The notes under the pieces are model-generated. The model ran no database searches. It saw only the letters and a program-made list of their open reading frames with translations, and was not told where the DNA came from. Below are positions 50,192 to 62,419 of a stretch of 64,000 nt of DNA, piece by piece; position 1 is the first letter of the stretch, and every line of letters begins with the position of its first letter. Position numbers and translations under genes: made by a program. This stretch comes from Lama glama (Eukaryota): the NCBI GenBank assembly GCA_028534125.1, contig CM052817.1, positions 1,490,001 to 1,554,000 on the forward strand, given 5' to 3'.

Positions 50192-53100
50192 ATCATGTCT
50201 TTCTTTTTGAAAGATGGAATACATTAGTACAAGCAGCAGACCTCGTCTGGTTGCTTTCTGCTGGGGGCGCCGGGGAGTGTGGCAGGAAGGGGGCGGGCGG
50301 GCGGGCTGGTGGCTGTGTCCCCAAGGGGAACCCGGGCCACCAGCCCCGGAGCATCCCCGGGTCACCCCAGCGGTGGCTTGGGGTTCCCGGTGCCCTCACT
50401 GTCCTCCATATTCAGCAGGTTGTCTGTCTGGGGCCCTGGCGAGCCACACAGGCCCAGGCCCCACCAGAGCCTCAGCGGGCTGCAGTGGGGAGGGCCGAGA
50501 GCACAGTGGGGTGGGGGGCCCGGGAAGCAGTCCCTCCGGGGTGGTCGAGGAAGGCCTAGCGGGGAGCACTGCATTCAGACCTCGGGAGCTGAGGGTGGCA
50601 GTGCGAAGAGGGGAGCAGGTCATGGGCTGGGCTTATGTAGGGGCCTGTAGGCAGGTGCCCATCCAGTTTTGGGGGGTTCATGACCCCTAATAACACAGTG
50701 AAAAACTACAAATATATAACTAGTATAAACTAGCAATAAGGTGAATGGTACCTAAAGTGAAAAAGGAGCCCCAGCGTGGCCCTTTCTGAGCTGTTGGCAG
50801 CTTGTGGTCTGGCTCCCACTCAGCCCCTAGAACCCTCCGTGGCTCCCACTGCTCCAGCCTCTTGTAAACCTGCCTCTGTGCACGTGTGAGGACACAGCGA
50901 GGGCCCATGGGTGAGTGGAGACGTGCCTGGCCCAGCTCTTAGCCAGAGAGAGGATGCAAAGTTCTGGCAGTTGGAGCCACAGGGCTCCCTGGCGGACGGG
51001 GTGTGCGCCCTGGAGGGGGGGAGTCTGGGGCGCCCATCACACACCTGGGTGAAGTGTCTGGCCCCTGGGACAGAAAGCCTCAGCTCACCAGCCCACAATG
51101 CAGACAGGACAGTTCCAAGCCCCAGAACCAGGCGTCAGAGGCAGGTATGGCTGAGGGCATCCTGGAGGCGGAGGCACAGGGAGAGAATGGCCGGGACGGG
51201 GCTGCTGGGGTCAAGTTGAGGCCCAGGGGCCGGCCATGGGGCTCCAGTGCTGAGGTGACCTTGACCGGAGCCCAGGGAAGCTGGTCTGCAGGGAGCAGGG
51301 AAGGGGCCAGTAGGCAGAGGGGAAGTGGGGTCGAGAGGCTGGCTTGCTTGTTCTGTTTTCTCTGGGTGGGAGAGTGATCTGCAAAGGGAGAAGCTGAGAC
51401 CACGCCACGACCACGCGGAGTGGCAGAGACCCTGCCACGTCCCCCAGGACCCTGAGGCCGGGCCTCGTGGTGAGAGCAAGGGTGGGGCTTCCGGGTGGGG
51501 CCTGTTCTCCCCGTGGACAGTCCAGGTCCTGCTGGGGCCCAGCCCACCTCGGGCCTCGGCTCCCCATCTGTGGGGCCACACTGGCTGCTGAGGAGAACTG
51601 CAGGCCCCCAGCGGTGTCGTGAGCAGGGCCTTTCAGGGCCCGAGTGGTGAGGGGTCCCTGGGCGCCCCCCACTCAGCTCCGGGGGGGGCCCACCTGCCAT
51701 TCCCACGGCCCTGCTCTGCCCAGCGCTCAGGCCTGCTGGCCCACCTGGACTCTTGGCCCCTCGGACCCAGATTCCTGCAAGCCCCACCGATCGTGCAAGA
51801 CCCAGCCCTAGCGTTCTGGATCTTTCCTCAAGGGCGCGTCCCTGGACCAGTCCAGTTATCAGGATGGGCTCAGGACCGCTGAGGGGTTCGAGGTGGGTGG
51901 AGGGCAGAGGGAGACGCCCAAGCTCAGCCCTTCTCGGTCCGCGGGGGCGGGCCCAGGCCTCAGCACAGCCGAGCTGGGGACTTGTGCCTGCGGCCCAGCT
52001 GTGCCTGCGGGACGTCCGAGTCCTGCTCCTGGGGGTCCGCCTCCGGGGGAACCTCACGCAGGTCACGATGCTAAGTCATCTTCAGATGAAATAAAGTAAC
52101 AGCTAGAAGAGAAGCAGTTCAAACGTCCTTTTACTGAACTCCGCCTACACACGCATCCGTTAAAAACGGTATTACGGCAGCAAGGGTTAGCGCTTGGTTT
52201 CATTAGTATGTTGTTTTAAAGGAGATGGAAGAACTTCCCACAGCTCGTACTGTTTTACTGTCTCAAAGACAGAGCGACGGGTGGGAGTAACTACACCCCA
52301 GGCAGTGCTGACTGTCAGATCCACCGTCACCGTGAGACTGAGCAGCGCCACAGGGCGGGACACAGCACGGCGGGAAGCTCAGACGGTTCTGAAGTGTGAA
52401 GAGCGCACCCTCACAACAGCCCCGAGCTGCGTGGGGGGGCGCCGTGTGCCTGGGAGCCGTGTGGAGCGGCGTCGGCCAAGGCGAGGGGCGCACGCCGGCG
52501 CCCGGCCGGGGCTGCGCCTGGACAGGCCCGCGGACGGCAGTGCCTGGGAAGGGCGAACCGCCATGGAAACCGTCCTGCTGTAAACGACTGTAAAACTGAG
52601 GGCATTTTCTTAACGGTGCTTTTGGATGTTGGAAGAGCTAGCCTGTGGCATGTTTCCTGAGGGACAGGCAGGGAACAGGTGAGCCCTCAAGGGCCCCAGC
52701 TTCCCGCCTGCAGGCAGGTTCCAGGCCCCGGCCTCGGGGGAGCCCCGCGGGACTGCTGCGTAGCGGAGGCAGCGTTCCAGCCAGGACGGGGCTGCACACG
52801 GATCTGCAGAGCATCCCCTCGAGTGTACGGATCTGTGCGTGTGTGGCATAAAATTCCATCAGTCCGGGGGAAACCCCCAGAGAGCAGTAGCGCTGAAACA
52901 GTCTGAGTTTCCAGCAGCCGCGGAGAGACCTGCTGACACACGGGCGGAATCACCTCGGCGGTGGGGCTGCATTAGCCCTAGTGTGGAATCTAAAGTTAGC
53001 CTCAGAAGGATCAGACAGGTCCTGAGCAACTGAACTGCTAGCAAGAACGAAGTCCAACGTTCTTTAAAAAGAAACACAAACTACCCTGAGTGACAAACTA

Positions 53101-53780
53101 AGCAAGACACACAATGACGGAGTCCCGGCAAAAATTAGCAGGCCATGCAAAGAAGGAAAACATAACCCTTGACCGGGAGAAACACCAGACAGAAACAGGC
53201 CTGAAGATGGTGCATCTGCAGACGAAAACCCTAAAAGGGGCTATTACAGATCTCACAAATCTGCTCGTAAGTATAAAGGCAAGGCAAACCTGAGCAAGAT
53301 GAAGAAACGGAAGATGCAGAAAAGACCCAAATGAAAAAACCTGAAGTGAAAATGCCCCGGATACAATTCACAGCAGATTAGAAACCTCACAAGAAAATGC
53401 CTGCGAACCTCATGGCATGGAAACAGAAGCCACCAGCCGTGGGGACACGGCCCGCCGGGCTGCACCGAGCGTTCTGACAGACAGGCAACATGCATCCTCC
53501 TGGAAGAGGAGGGAACAGAAGGCACCCGTTCTAAAACCAGTTCACCGTAAAAGCCTGCCGCGGCCGTGACTGAGGCTGCGCCGAGTCTACAGACCAACTG
53601 GGGAAGAAACGACATCAGGAGACTCCTGAGCTCCCAGGCTGTGAACATGGAGTCTGTTCAGAGTTAGCTGCTCTTGAATTTCTCTCAGCAATATTCTGTA
53701 GCTTTTATTAAAGGTTTTGCACACTTTTGATACATTTTTTTCTAAGCATTTAATGTTTCTGACATTCGTAAGTAGAGTCA

Positions 53781-54237
53781 CTCATTAGCTTCCTGGGGCT
53801 CCCTTAACAAAGTGCCACAGACTAGGTGCTGAGAACAAATCTACTCTCTCACAGTCCTGCAGGATATGAATCGAAATTCCAGGCGTCAACAGGATTGGTT
53901 CCTCCCAGAGGCTGCGAGGAACCACCCGCTCCACACCGCAATCCCAGCGTCTGGCGGGCACCGGCGATCCTCGATGCTCCTCGGCCGACAGACGCCCCTC
54001 TCCAGCCCTGCCTCAGGCCTCATGTGGGCTTCTCCCCTGGGCGTGCCTCTGCCCTTTTCCTGTAAGGACACCAGTCATGGGATTTAGGACCCGCCCTAAT
54101 CCAGCATGATGTCACCTTAGGTTAGATCTGCAAAGACTCTATTTCCAAATGAGGTCACATTCACAGGTTCTGGAGTTAGGACTTCAACGTCTTCTGGTCA
54201 GCGTATCCTTTGGCGAGACACAATTCAACCCAAAACA
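53781..54237 (-). mobile_element. MaLR solo LTR (MLT1-type)
   Basis: taaggacaccagtcat...atctgcaaagactctatttccaaatgaggtcacattcacaggttctgg...acacaattcaacccaaaaca. Confidence 0.85.
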
Positions 54238-55109
54238 GGTTTTTTTAATTTGCTTTTCCAGTTGTTGCAAATATACAATAAGAAATACAGTAGATTTTTC
54301 ATACACTGACTTTGTATCTTGAGTTGGTCAATTTGACTTAATTATTCTAAACTTTTTTCTTAAGATCCCCTAGGATGTTCTATATACATAACCTTGTCAC
54401 CTGAATGGGGACAGTTTTATTTCTCCTTTTCTGATTTTTTATTCTTTCACTCCTTTTTTCCCCTTACTGTGCTAGGTAGGACCTCGTGTACAGTGTGGGA
54501 TTGCAGCGAGGAGCGTGAACACTTTGCCTTGATGAGAACCACGGACAGCGGTCAGCGCGCCACCGTCAGGTACAAAGTCAGCTGCAGGTTTGGGGGACAC
54601 ACACCTCGAGCAGACTGAGGAGACCCTCTGTTCCTAGCTTGCCGAGTGTTGTCACCAGGAGTGGGTACTGAGTTTTGTCATTTGCTTTTTCTGCTGCTTC
54701 TGAGATGACCGTATGGTTTCTCCTCTATTATAACAGTGAATTAGTGGGGGGTTTTATAGCAAACAATTTTGTATCTTGTAGTAAACATTTCACTTGGTTA
54801 TAATGTATTATCCTTTTTTACATTGCTGAATTCAATTTAATATCTTCTTTAGGATTTTTGCATCTATGTTCATGAGATAGTGGTCTGTCTCTTTCTTGCC
54901 TTCTCTCTCAGGTTTTGGTGTCATAAAATGAGTTGGGAAACATTCCCACTTTCTATTCCCTGCGTGTCTGTAGGATTGGTATATCTTTCTTAGATGTTAG
55001 GAAAAATTCACCACTGAAGTCATCTGGGCCTATAATTTTCTTTGTGGAGAGAGGGGTCTTTTTTTCTTTTTTTAACAATGAGTTTAGAAACTCATTATTA
55101 AATAGGTGG

Positions 55110-56200
55110 ATTTTCAAGTTATTTATTGAAGTACAGTCAGTTACAATGTGTCAATCTTTGGCATACAGCATAATGTCCCAGTCATGCATATCTATACATA
55201 CATTCCTGTTCATATTCTTTTTCATTAAAGGTTATTACAAGATATTGAATATAGTTCCTTGTGCTGTACAGAAGAAATTTTTTTAATCTATTTTTATATA
55301 CAGTGGTTAACCTTTGCAAATCTCAAACTCCCAAATTTATCTCTTCCCACCCTTTTCCCCCTCACAACCATAAAGTTTACTGTCTGCAACTCTGTTTCTG
55401 TTTTGTAGATGGGTTCATTATTGTCCTTTTTTTTTTTTTTTTTTTTTGCAGGGGAGAGGTAACTAGGTCTACTTACTACTTTTTTTTTTAAATGGAGGTA
55501 GTGGGGATTGAACCCAGGACCTCCTGCACACTAAGCATGCACTCTACCACTAGAGCTCTATCCTCCCCTCCTCTTTTTTCTTAAGATTCCACATATGAGT
55601 GATATCATATAGTATTTTTCTTTCTCTTTCTGGCTTACTTCACTTAGAATGACAATCTTCAGTTCCATCCATGTTGCTCCAAATGGCATTACTTTATTCT
55701 TTTTTATGGCTGAGTAGTATTCCATTGTATAAACAGACCACAACTTCTTTATCCAGTCATCTGTCAATGGACATTAGGTTGCTTCTATGTCCTGACTATT
55801 GTAAACAGTGCTGCTATGAACACTGAGGTGCGTGTATCTTTTCAAATTAGAGTTCCCTTCAGATATATACCCAGGAGTGGGTTTGCTGGATCAAAAGGTA
55901 AGTATTTACAGTTTTTTTTAAAGTCTCCGTACTGTTTTCCATAATGGCTGCACCAAACTACATTCCCACCAACAATGTAGGAGGGTTTCCTTTTCTCCAC
56001 AGCCTCTCCAGCATTTATCATTTGTGGACTTTTTAATGATGGCCATTTTGACTGCTGTGAGATGATACCTCATTATAGTTTTGATTTACATTTCTCTGAT
56101 AATTAGCAATACTGAGCATTTTTTCATGTGCCTACAGGCCATTTGTATGTCTTCATTGGAGAATTGCTTGTTAAGTCTTCTGCCCATTTTTGGATTGGAG
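55110..56200 (-). mobile_element. younger LINE-1 3' end nested in older L1
   Basis: DDWIKKLWSVYTMEYYSAIKKN..FGATWMEL on - strand; same 3' UTR family as 6977-7548. Confidence 0.88.
55426..55568 (-). mobile_element. tRNA-derived SINE (Vic-1-like) inserted in the L1 3' UTR
   Basis: reverse complement GGGGAGGATAGAGCTCTAGTGGTAGAGTGC...GTCCTGGGTTCAATCCCCAC with a long poly-A tail. Confidence 0.8.
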
Positions 56201-58649
56201 ATTTTTACCTACAATCTATTTAATGGAAATAGGGCTATTCAGGATTTCTATTTCTTCTTGTGTCAGTTTTAATAAGTTGTGTTTTTCAAGGACTTTATCC
56301 ATTTCATCAAAGTTGTGAGATTTATCAGCTTTATAAATTGTTCATACTATCCTCTAAGTATCTTGTTAATATCTAAGTGATCTCTAGTGATGTCCCTCCC
56401 TTTTCATTCCTGACATTAACCATTTGTTTTCTCTTTTTTTCTTATCGGTCATGCTATGGGTGTATCAGTTCTATTACTATGTAAAAGAACTAATTCTTGA
56501 CATTGTTGGTTTTTCCTCTGCTTTCTATTTCATTGACTTTCACTTTTATTATTTCCTTCCGTCTTACTTGGGTTTAATTTGCAGGCCTTTTCCCAGCTTC
56601 CTGCAATGAGCACTTGGATCACTATAAGTTTACCCTCTCTTCATTTCTAACACATGCCTTTAGAGCCATGAAACTTCCCTTAATCATCACTTTAGCTGTG
56701 TTCCATACTTCTTAGCAAGTTGTATTTTTATTTTCATTCAGCTCAAAATATTTTCTAATCTCCATTGTGATTATGTTTCCCATGGACCATTTAGAAATAT
56801 GTTGGAAATTTAGTAGCTGTCTTTCTGTTATTGAGATATGGTTTAATTTCACTATAGTCAGAGATCATAAAGTCAGTGATTCCGTTTTTTGGAATATGCT
56901 GTGACTTGACTTATGGTTCACAAACTTATCTCTTTTGGTAATAAGCATTCTGTGTACACCTGAAAAAAATTATAGTTCGCTTTTGTTGGATGTAATGTCC
57001 TGAATTTGAAGTTAGACCAAGAAGATTAAGTGTGTTGGTTAGATCTTCCATGTCCTGGCTTTTCCCCTGCTCATATCAGTCACTGAGATAGGTACGTTAA
57101 AGCCTCCGTGGTTGCACGTTTGTCAGTTCTCCTGCTTTGTGTCATTAGCTCTACGCAAGGTTGGGAATGTCGTGTGCTCCTGACACACTTGCCCTTGTAT
57201 CATGATGCAGTGCCCTTTGCTTCGGGTGTATTTTCGACTTGAAGTCCACTGTGTCTGACGCTCTTGCCCGTGTTCTTGTTTACCGCGGGTGTGTCGTGCC
57301 TCTTCTACTCTGTTCATTCGGGTTCCCACGTTTAAAGTGTGTCTTTTACGATGAACATCTGGTGTGACAATCATTGTCCTTCAGCCAGAATGTTTGGTCT
57401 GTTTATTTTTAATGTAATTATGACATAGCTGGGTTTAAGGCTACAGTCTTGCCAGCTATCTTCTGTCTCACCTCTTCCTCCTTCCTTTCGTTCTCCTAAC
57501 TTGTCTTGCTTTGAATTAATAAAAACATTACTTTTCTGTTCTATTAGCTTTTTAATTCAGTAGTTTCATTATTATTTCAGTGGTTACCCTGGAGATTGTC
57601 TCCTTAATTCATTACAGTCTGCTGTAAGTCAGTGCAAAACCCTTATAATTGTGTAAGTTCATGAAACACTCCCCACACCCACCTAGAAAGCTCTTGCAGC
57701 TACGTCTGCAATGCTTTAAACCCTCAAGACGTTACTGTTGGAACAGCCAAGAGTCATGCACATCTGCCCATTCCCATGCTCTTCCTTCGTTTGCCTTTCT
57801 ACAGAATCACTTCCCTTTAACCTAAAATATTTCCACTGTATACTTACTTCTTGTAGTACAGTCTGCTGGGTATGAATTTTGTTAGCTCATGTATGTCTGC
57901 ATCGTCATCCTTCGTTTCTCATGTCTAGTTTTTCGAACTGTACCCTGGACTTGCAGTTCACATGGTGTAAGGTCCTGGGTTCCACTACCTGTTTCTGAAG
58001 AAAACCTGATTTTGTTCCAACAGGGCAGTGAATTACTGGCTGGTTGCCTGTTTCCATTTTGTCCCAGGATATCCACTCTGCCCCTAAAATGCGGCCTTTC
58101 GAGGGTCTGAGAGGAGAATCTAGGCGTTTAGCAGCCGCTCTGACCTCCCGGGACTCGGCTCCGAGCCGTCCCCCGGCAGTGCGCAGCCGCGGGGAGCCCC
58201 ACTCTGCTCGGCCTGCTTTCCAGCTGCTGTTCTTGCCCCAGAATTTTCAGTCTTACTCCAAACCTGCGCGACTGGAGGCCGGCCACGGATTTGAGGGCGG
58301 CCCTCCTGCGGCTCCCTTCTCTCCGATGCTCCCAGCTATTTCCAGTGCCGAGGGTTCTGCAAACTCCTCCAGCTCCTCAGGGCAGTGAGACGGAGGCTTT
58401 CGGTGGCAGTGACAGCACCTCACAACACAGCCTGATCGCTTCCAGTTGGTTTCCTGGCAAGACGGGTGCTCGGGGAATCCCACAGAGGAGGGGACACCCG
58501 AACTGCAGATGGAGGAGGCTGGAGTAAACGGAAAGGCTACGAGAGCGGTGCAGGCCGAGGCAGCTGGTGCTCCCAACATTAGCCCTTCGTGCTGACTCCA
58601 CACAGGACATGCAGACCGTGCAGCGACGAATGTGCGCTTGGGAGCCAGC

Positions 58650-58790
58650 TTTGTCACCTAGCTACTGTGTGACTTTGGGCAAGTGACCTTATCCCTCTGT
58701 GCCTCATCATCCACACCCATGCTGAGAGTGACAGCAGTACTTCCCTCTTGGAATGGCCGTGAGGGTTAACTGCGTCAACACAGCTGCCCC
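58650..58790 (+). mobile_element. MIR SINE fragment
   Basis: ctgtgtgactttgggcaagtgaccttatccctctgtgcctca MIR core. Confidence 0.65.
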
Positions 58791-59081
58791 AGCAACCTGA
58801 CCCCATGGGACGCCGCGAGCAGTCCGCCACCTGCAAGGCTGCTTCCTCCCGCCTCGTTTCCACCCGCGACGTCACACCCTGGGCAGGGCTGAAGCAGGCC
58901 AACCACAGAGGCGAAGTGACGGGACCCACCACCGACCCTCTTTTGAGGGCACCAGCAGGTGTCAAACAGTAGGAGTGTTTCTCCTCGCCCGCTGGCCCAG
59001 CCCCTGCCCAGATGGAAATGCTGCCAGGTCCCTGCACCCAGCTCCCAACATGGTCTCAGAGCAGTCACTGTAGCAAGTACG

Positions 59082-59087
59082 TTTATT
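59082..59087 (-). terminator. TNIP2: TNIP2 polyadenylation signal (AATAAA on - strand)
   Basis: TTTATT on + strand ~455 nt past the stop codon, preceded on the - strand by a U/AU-rich tract. Confidence 0.75.
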
Positions 59088-59541
59088 ATAAAAATAAGTA
59101 AATGTGAAATAAATGAGTTGTATCTTCTGGATATACAACAAACACTGCAATGCAATGTCTTTCAGTGCAGACACAGGGCTCTGCAGTGGCCGACGTGCCG
59201 CCACGGTGCTGGGCTACACACGCCTCCTGGGGGGGCGGGGCTTCCACCCTGGGGACCACACACGTGGTCCCACGGCAGCCACCTCTTCCCAGCAAGCTGC
59301 AGCACCCCCAGGCGCAGCTGGGCAGGGCTGGCGTGCTGGCCTGTGGGCGTTCCTCCACAGACTGTCACGGTCTTGGCCTGATGGCTTGGGAGACCGAGCC
59401 CCACACCAGAAGCGAAGCTGGGCCTTCCCAGGCACACACGCTCGCACCCTCCCCTCTGCCTCCAGCCCCACAGGAAGTTCCCTCTGGCCAAGGAGGGCCG
59501 AGGTGAAGGCTCCAAAGCACCTCCAGCCTGTTCTGGGATCC

Positions 59542-59805
59542 TCACTGGCAGCACTCGGCCACGTGCCTGAAGAGCTCGTCGCCCTGCTCATCGCTGAAGC
59601 ACTGCAGGCAGTGAGGGCACTGGAGGTCCCCCTGGCCTCTCTGGTTCGCTCCGGGGTGCCCGTGCTCCGCAGGGAGTCCCCGCCGCTGGGACCCTGTCCC
59701 AGGCCTCCGGCCACCAGGCGCTGCCAGCTCCGAAGCACCGGCGTCTAAGCGCCTGGGCGTTTTGCTCCCGGCGTGAATCCAGCAGGAGCCTGTCTCTCGA
59801 GAGTC
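59542..59805 (-). CDS. TNIP2: TNIP2 terminal coding exon (DSRETGSC...DLQCPHCLQCFSDEQGDELFRHVAECCQ*), NEMO-type zinc finger
   Basis: ttttctag| acceptor; 264 nt including TGA; CxxC...H...C finger translated by hand (this frame is not in the ORF track). Confidence 0.94.
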   Translation of the reverse strand, partial: DSRETGSCWIHAGSKTPRRLDAGASELAAPGGRRPGTGSQRRGLPAEHGHPGANQRGQGDLQCPHCLQCFSDEQGDELFRHVAECCQ

Positions 59806-61283
59806 CTAGAAAAAAGGCGAGGAAGGGTCCACTTACGTGGCTGGCCCTGGGCTCCAGCAAGCAGACGCGTCCGTCACCGAGTGGGACTGGCACCTTCCCT
59901 GGCGTGGTGCCACAGCCCAAACAAGGACGTGCTTAGTGAACGACTGAGGAGCCACAGAGCTCCTGCCTGTGCTCATGAGGGTCAGGCCTGAGTGGGTGGA
60001 AGTGTGTGGACCCATCAGCCTGAGAGACCCACCCCACACGCCTCCATGGAGAGTGGGAGGCGGCGCTCAGGACAGAGAGCCCGGCAAACCGCCCGGGCCC
60101 CACCCTGCCCTGGTCTGCGGGCCCAGGCGCCTCCAGAGACAGCAGGACGTGCCCCTGGCCCAGCCAGCCGGCACCCGCGCCCAGACACCAGTCACGAAGC
60201 ACCGCGGCCCCGGCGCTCATCACTGCTTGTTTGGGAACCTCATTCCAGGTGGCCTGGTGTCTGTGTCACACGGGAGTCTGGTTCTTCCCTGGGACCACGG
60301 CTCTCAGCTCACACCTTTAATACTACCGCCCATGGGGGTGTCATCAGGGGCTGAGCAAGCGCACCCAGTGCCCGAGGGCACAGGCTGCAGCTGAAAGGGA
60401 CGCAGAGGCCACTCAGTGCAAATGCCCTAGTCCTCACCAGGCTCTGTTCACTCCTGCGGCCACCAGCAAGGCCCACCAGTTGTGCCCGATGGGGCAGTGC
60501 AGGCAGCTCCTGCCGCCCCGAGACTGAGCAGGAGGGACAGCTCCAAGGGCAGCTCAGTATCCCCACCCCACCGGGGTGCACAGGTCCCCAGGGCCACCGC
60601 CACCATCCCGTCTGTGTCAGGACAGACACTCTTTGGGGGGCCCAAGGTTTGCTCCAGGACAGAATATGTATTCGGTACTCTGAGCAGCTAAAGAACCAAA
60701 GCTCTCGGGAGATTTCTGCAGCACGCCAAGCAGATCCAGGGAGGAGAGGAGGCATGTGGGTAGCAGGTTCTGCAGGGAGAAACCTCCAGTTCCCACTCAG
60801 GCCAGGCGTCCTGAGAAGCAGCCCCCTGGTGGGGACAGCACTGAGCCCAAAGTGAGGTGCAGGGTCCACCAGCCTGCAAGGCCGATCTCCATGCCCAGGG
60901 GCTCGTTATCAGACAGCTGGGGCCTCTGCGTCCACACCTGCGTGACAGCGTGACTGGGGTCCCTGCCTCACAGCGAGAGGAAGACACGCATGCGGGAAGC
61001 TCCCAGGAGGGAGCCTGAGCCCAGGACATGCCCTCTGGGTGCAAGACATGCGCCAGGCCAGCCACCTCTGCCGTCACGCGACATCGTGCCAACCCCATCT
61101 ACAAACAAACATGGGGAGAAGTGGACGGTTTCCACCACCAAGTCCAAGCCCCGGGCAAGGAGGCTCTGCCCAGAGTGGGGAAGCAGGGTCTGGGCAGACA
61201 CACGCAGAAGAGCCTGAAGTTCACGAAAGGAAAAGAAAAGAAGCGCTCAGTCTGGGCGGGAGGAGACGCGCCGCCTGCTCTAC

Positions 61284-61403
61284 CTGCCTCCAGGACGCCC
61301 GGTGCTGCAGGGAGGCCAGCTGTCCCTCCAGCTCCTCGATCCTGCTTTGAGCCCGCTCCCGATCGGCCCTCTCCGATGTGAAGTCATCCTTGTACGCGAG
61401 AAT
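61284..61403 (-). CDS. TNIP2: TNIP2 coding exon, UBAN/AHD2 ubiquitin-binding motif (ILAYKDDFTSERADRERAQSRIEELE...SWRQ)
   Basis: ctctcag| acceptor, CAG|gtagag donor; 120 nt; DFxxER motif of the ABIN/NEMO UBAN domain. Confidence 0.95.
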
Positions 61404-61567
61404 CTGAGAGGAGACACACTTAGCTGTCATCACGCTGCTATTTCTGCTCAAGGAAGGAAAAATCCCCGCCAGACTTCTCCAGCCTCCCAGCGCCTCCCAG
61501 CCCTCGGCTCAGACTGCCCGACACGGGGCGATCTCACGGCGGGGCTGCCGAGCCCGAGGGGCGGCAC

Positions 61568-61834
61568 CTGCTGCTCCAGCATCTGCACGCGCTCCAGCGC
61601 AGCATCCCGCGCCCGCCTCGCGGCTGCCAGCTCCTGCTTCACTTCTGCACAGTCGTTTATTTTCTCCTCCAACTGTCTGTTGAGCCGGGAGATCTCCTTC
61701 CTCATCAGCTCGGGCGGAGAGGTTGTCTCAGGCTCGTGGGAGGCCTGCAGCCCCTGCAGCTGCGCATGGAGGCCCCTCACGTACTCGTCCCTGCTGGCGT
61801 CGTAGCGCTGCCACTTGGCATTGAGGTCTTCCAC
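61568..61834 (-). CDS. TNIP2: TNIP2 (ABIN-2) internal coding exon ([19 protein letters not shown]...ERVQMLEQQ), coiled coil
   Basis: minus-strand cttcag| acceptor and CAG|gtgccg donor; 267 nt, phase 0-0; recognised TNIP2 peptide. Confidence 0.95.
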
Positions 61835-62419
61835 CTGAAGAGGCCGACAAGCTCCTGGTGAAGGCGGCTGAGACATTTGCTCTAAGCCAGTGCTTACCCC
61901 GGGGCTATTTATTAGCAATAATGAGCTGGGTGAGTTTTCCCTTTAAAGTTGCCTTTGCTCTGTGCAGAGGGGCCACTGAGACCACCAGACAAACCTGAGA
62001 CACGGTAACAATGGCCACCAGCAACCACTTTAAGCAGAAGTAAGCTTGCAGCAATTTTCCTGCCTTAAAAGCTATCCTTGATGGTAATTCTTGTACCTCA
62101 TTTATCGACATGTGAACTAACATGGAGGGGTGGAAGATGGCCAGGCGTGTTGTGTGCATCCTTTTAGGCAAAAATCGGGTCTCTGGGGACTATGTGTATC
62201 AGCCAAGATGGCCCGAGGGCAGCGGGAACCCTGGCACAGCCGAGGAGAGGGCCCGCACCTGCGGTTCATACGGGGAGGTTCTTCCCGTGTTAAGTACTAC
62301 AGACACTCACGTGAGTCACTTTCTGCTTTAACAGTCGATTTTCTTCCCGTAACTTCTCAACAACAGCGTGGACAGAGGCATCCCCACCTGCACACTTCGG
62401 CTGCTTAAGGAAGGGACAA

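Larger units (their letters stand above)
54240..57600 (-). mobile_element. old LINE-1 (antisense), host of nested younger insertions
   Basis: antisense ORF2 text continues on both sides of 55050-56200 (ggcctataattttctttgtggaga ... tctatttaatggaaatagggctattcagg). Confidence 0.75.

Noticed and set aside
51080..52066. 328-aa minus-strand ORF between FAM193A and TNIP2
   Set aside because: GC-rich shadow ORF with several overlapping open frames, no recognisable protein family and no splice or Kozak support.
52090..52095. AATAAA as distal FAM193A poly(A) signal
   Set aside because: Possible but unsupported: ~2.5 kb past the stop, no clear GU-rich downstream element, and the proximal ATTAAA has better context.
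59214..59920. ORF-track frames over the TNIP2 last exon suggesting a frameshifted or pseudogenised C-terminus
   Set aside because: Manual translation from the acceptor at 59805 gives an intact frame ending in the zinc finger and TGA; the listed ORFs are the other frames.
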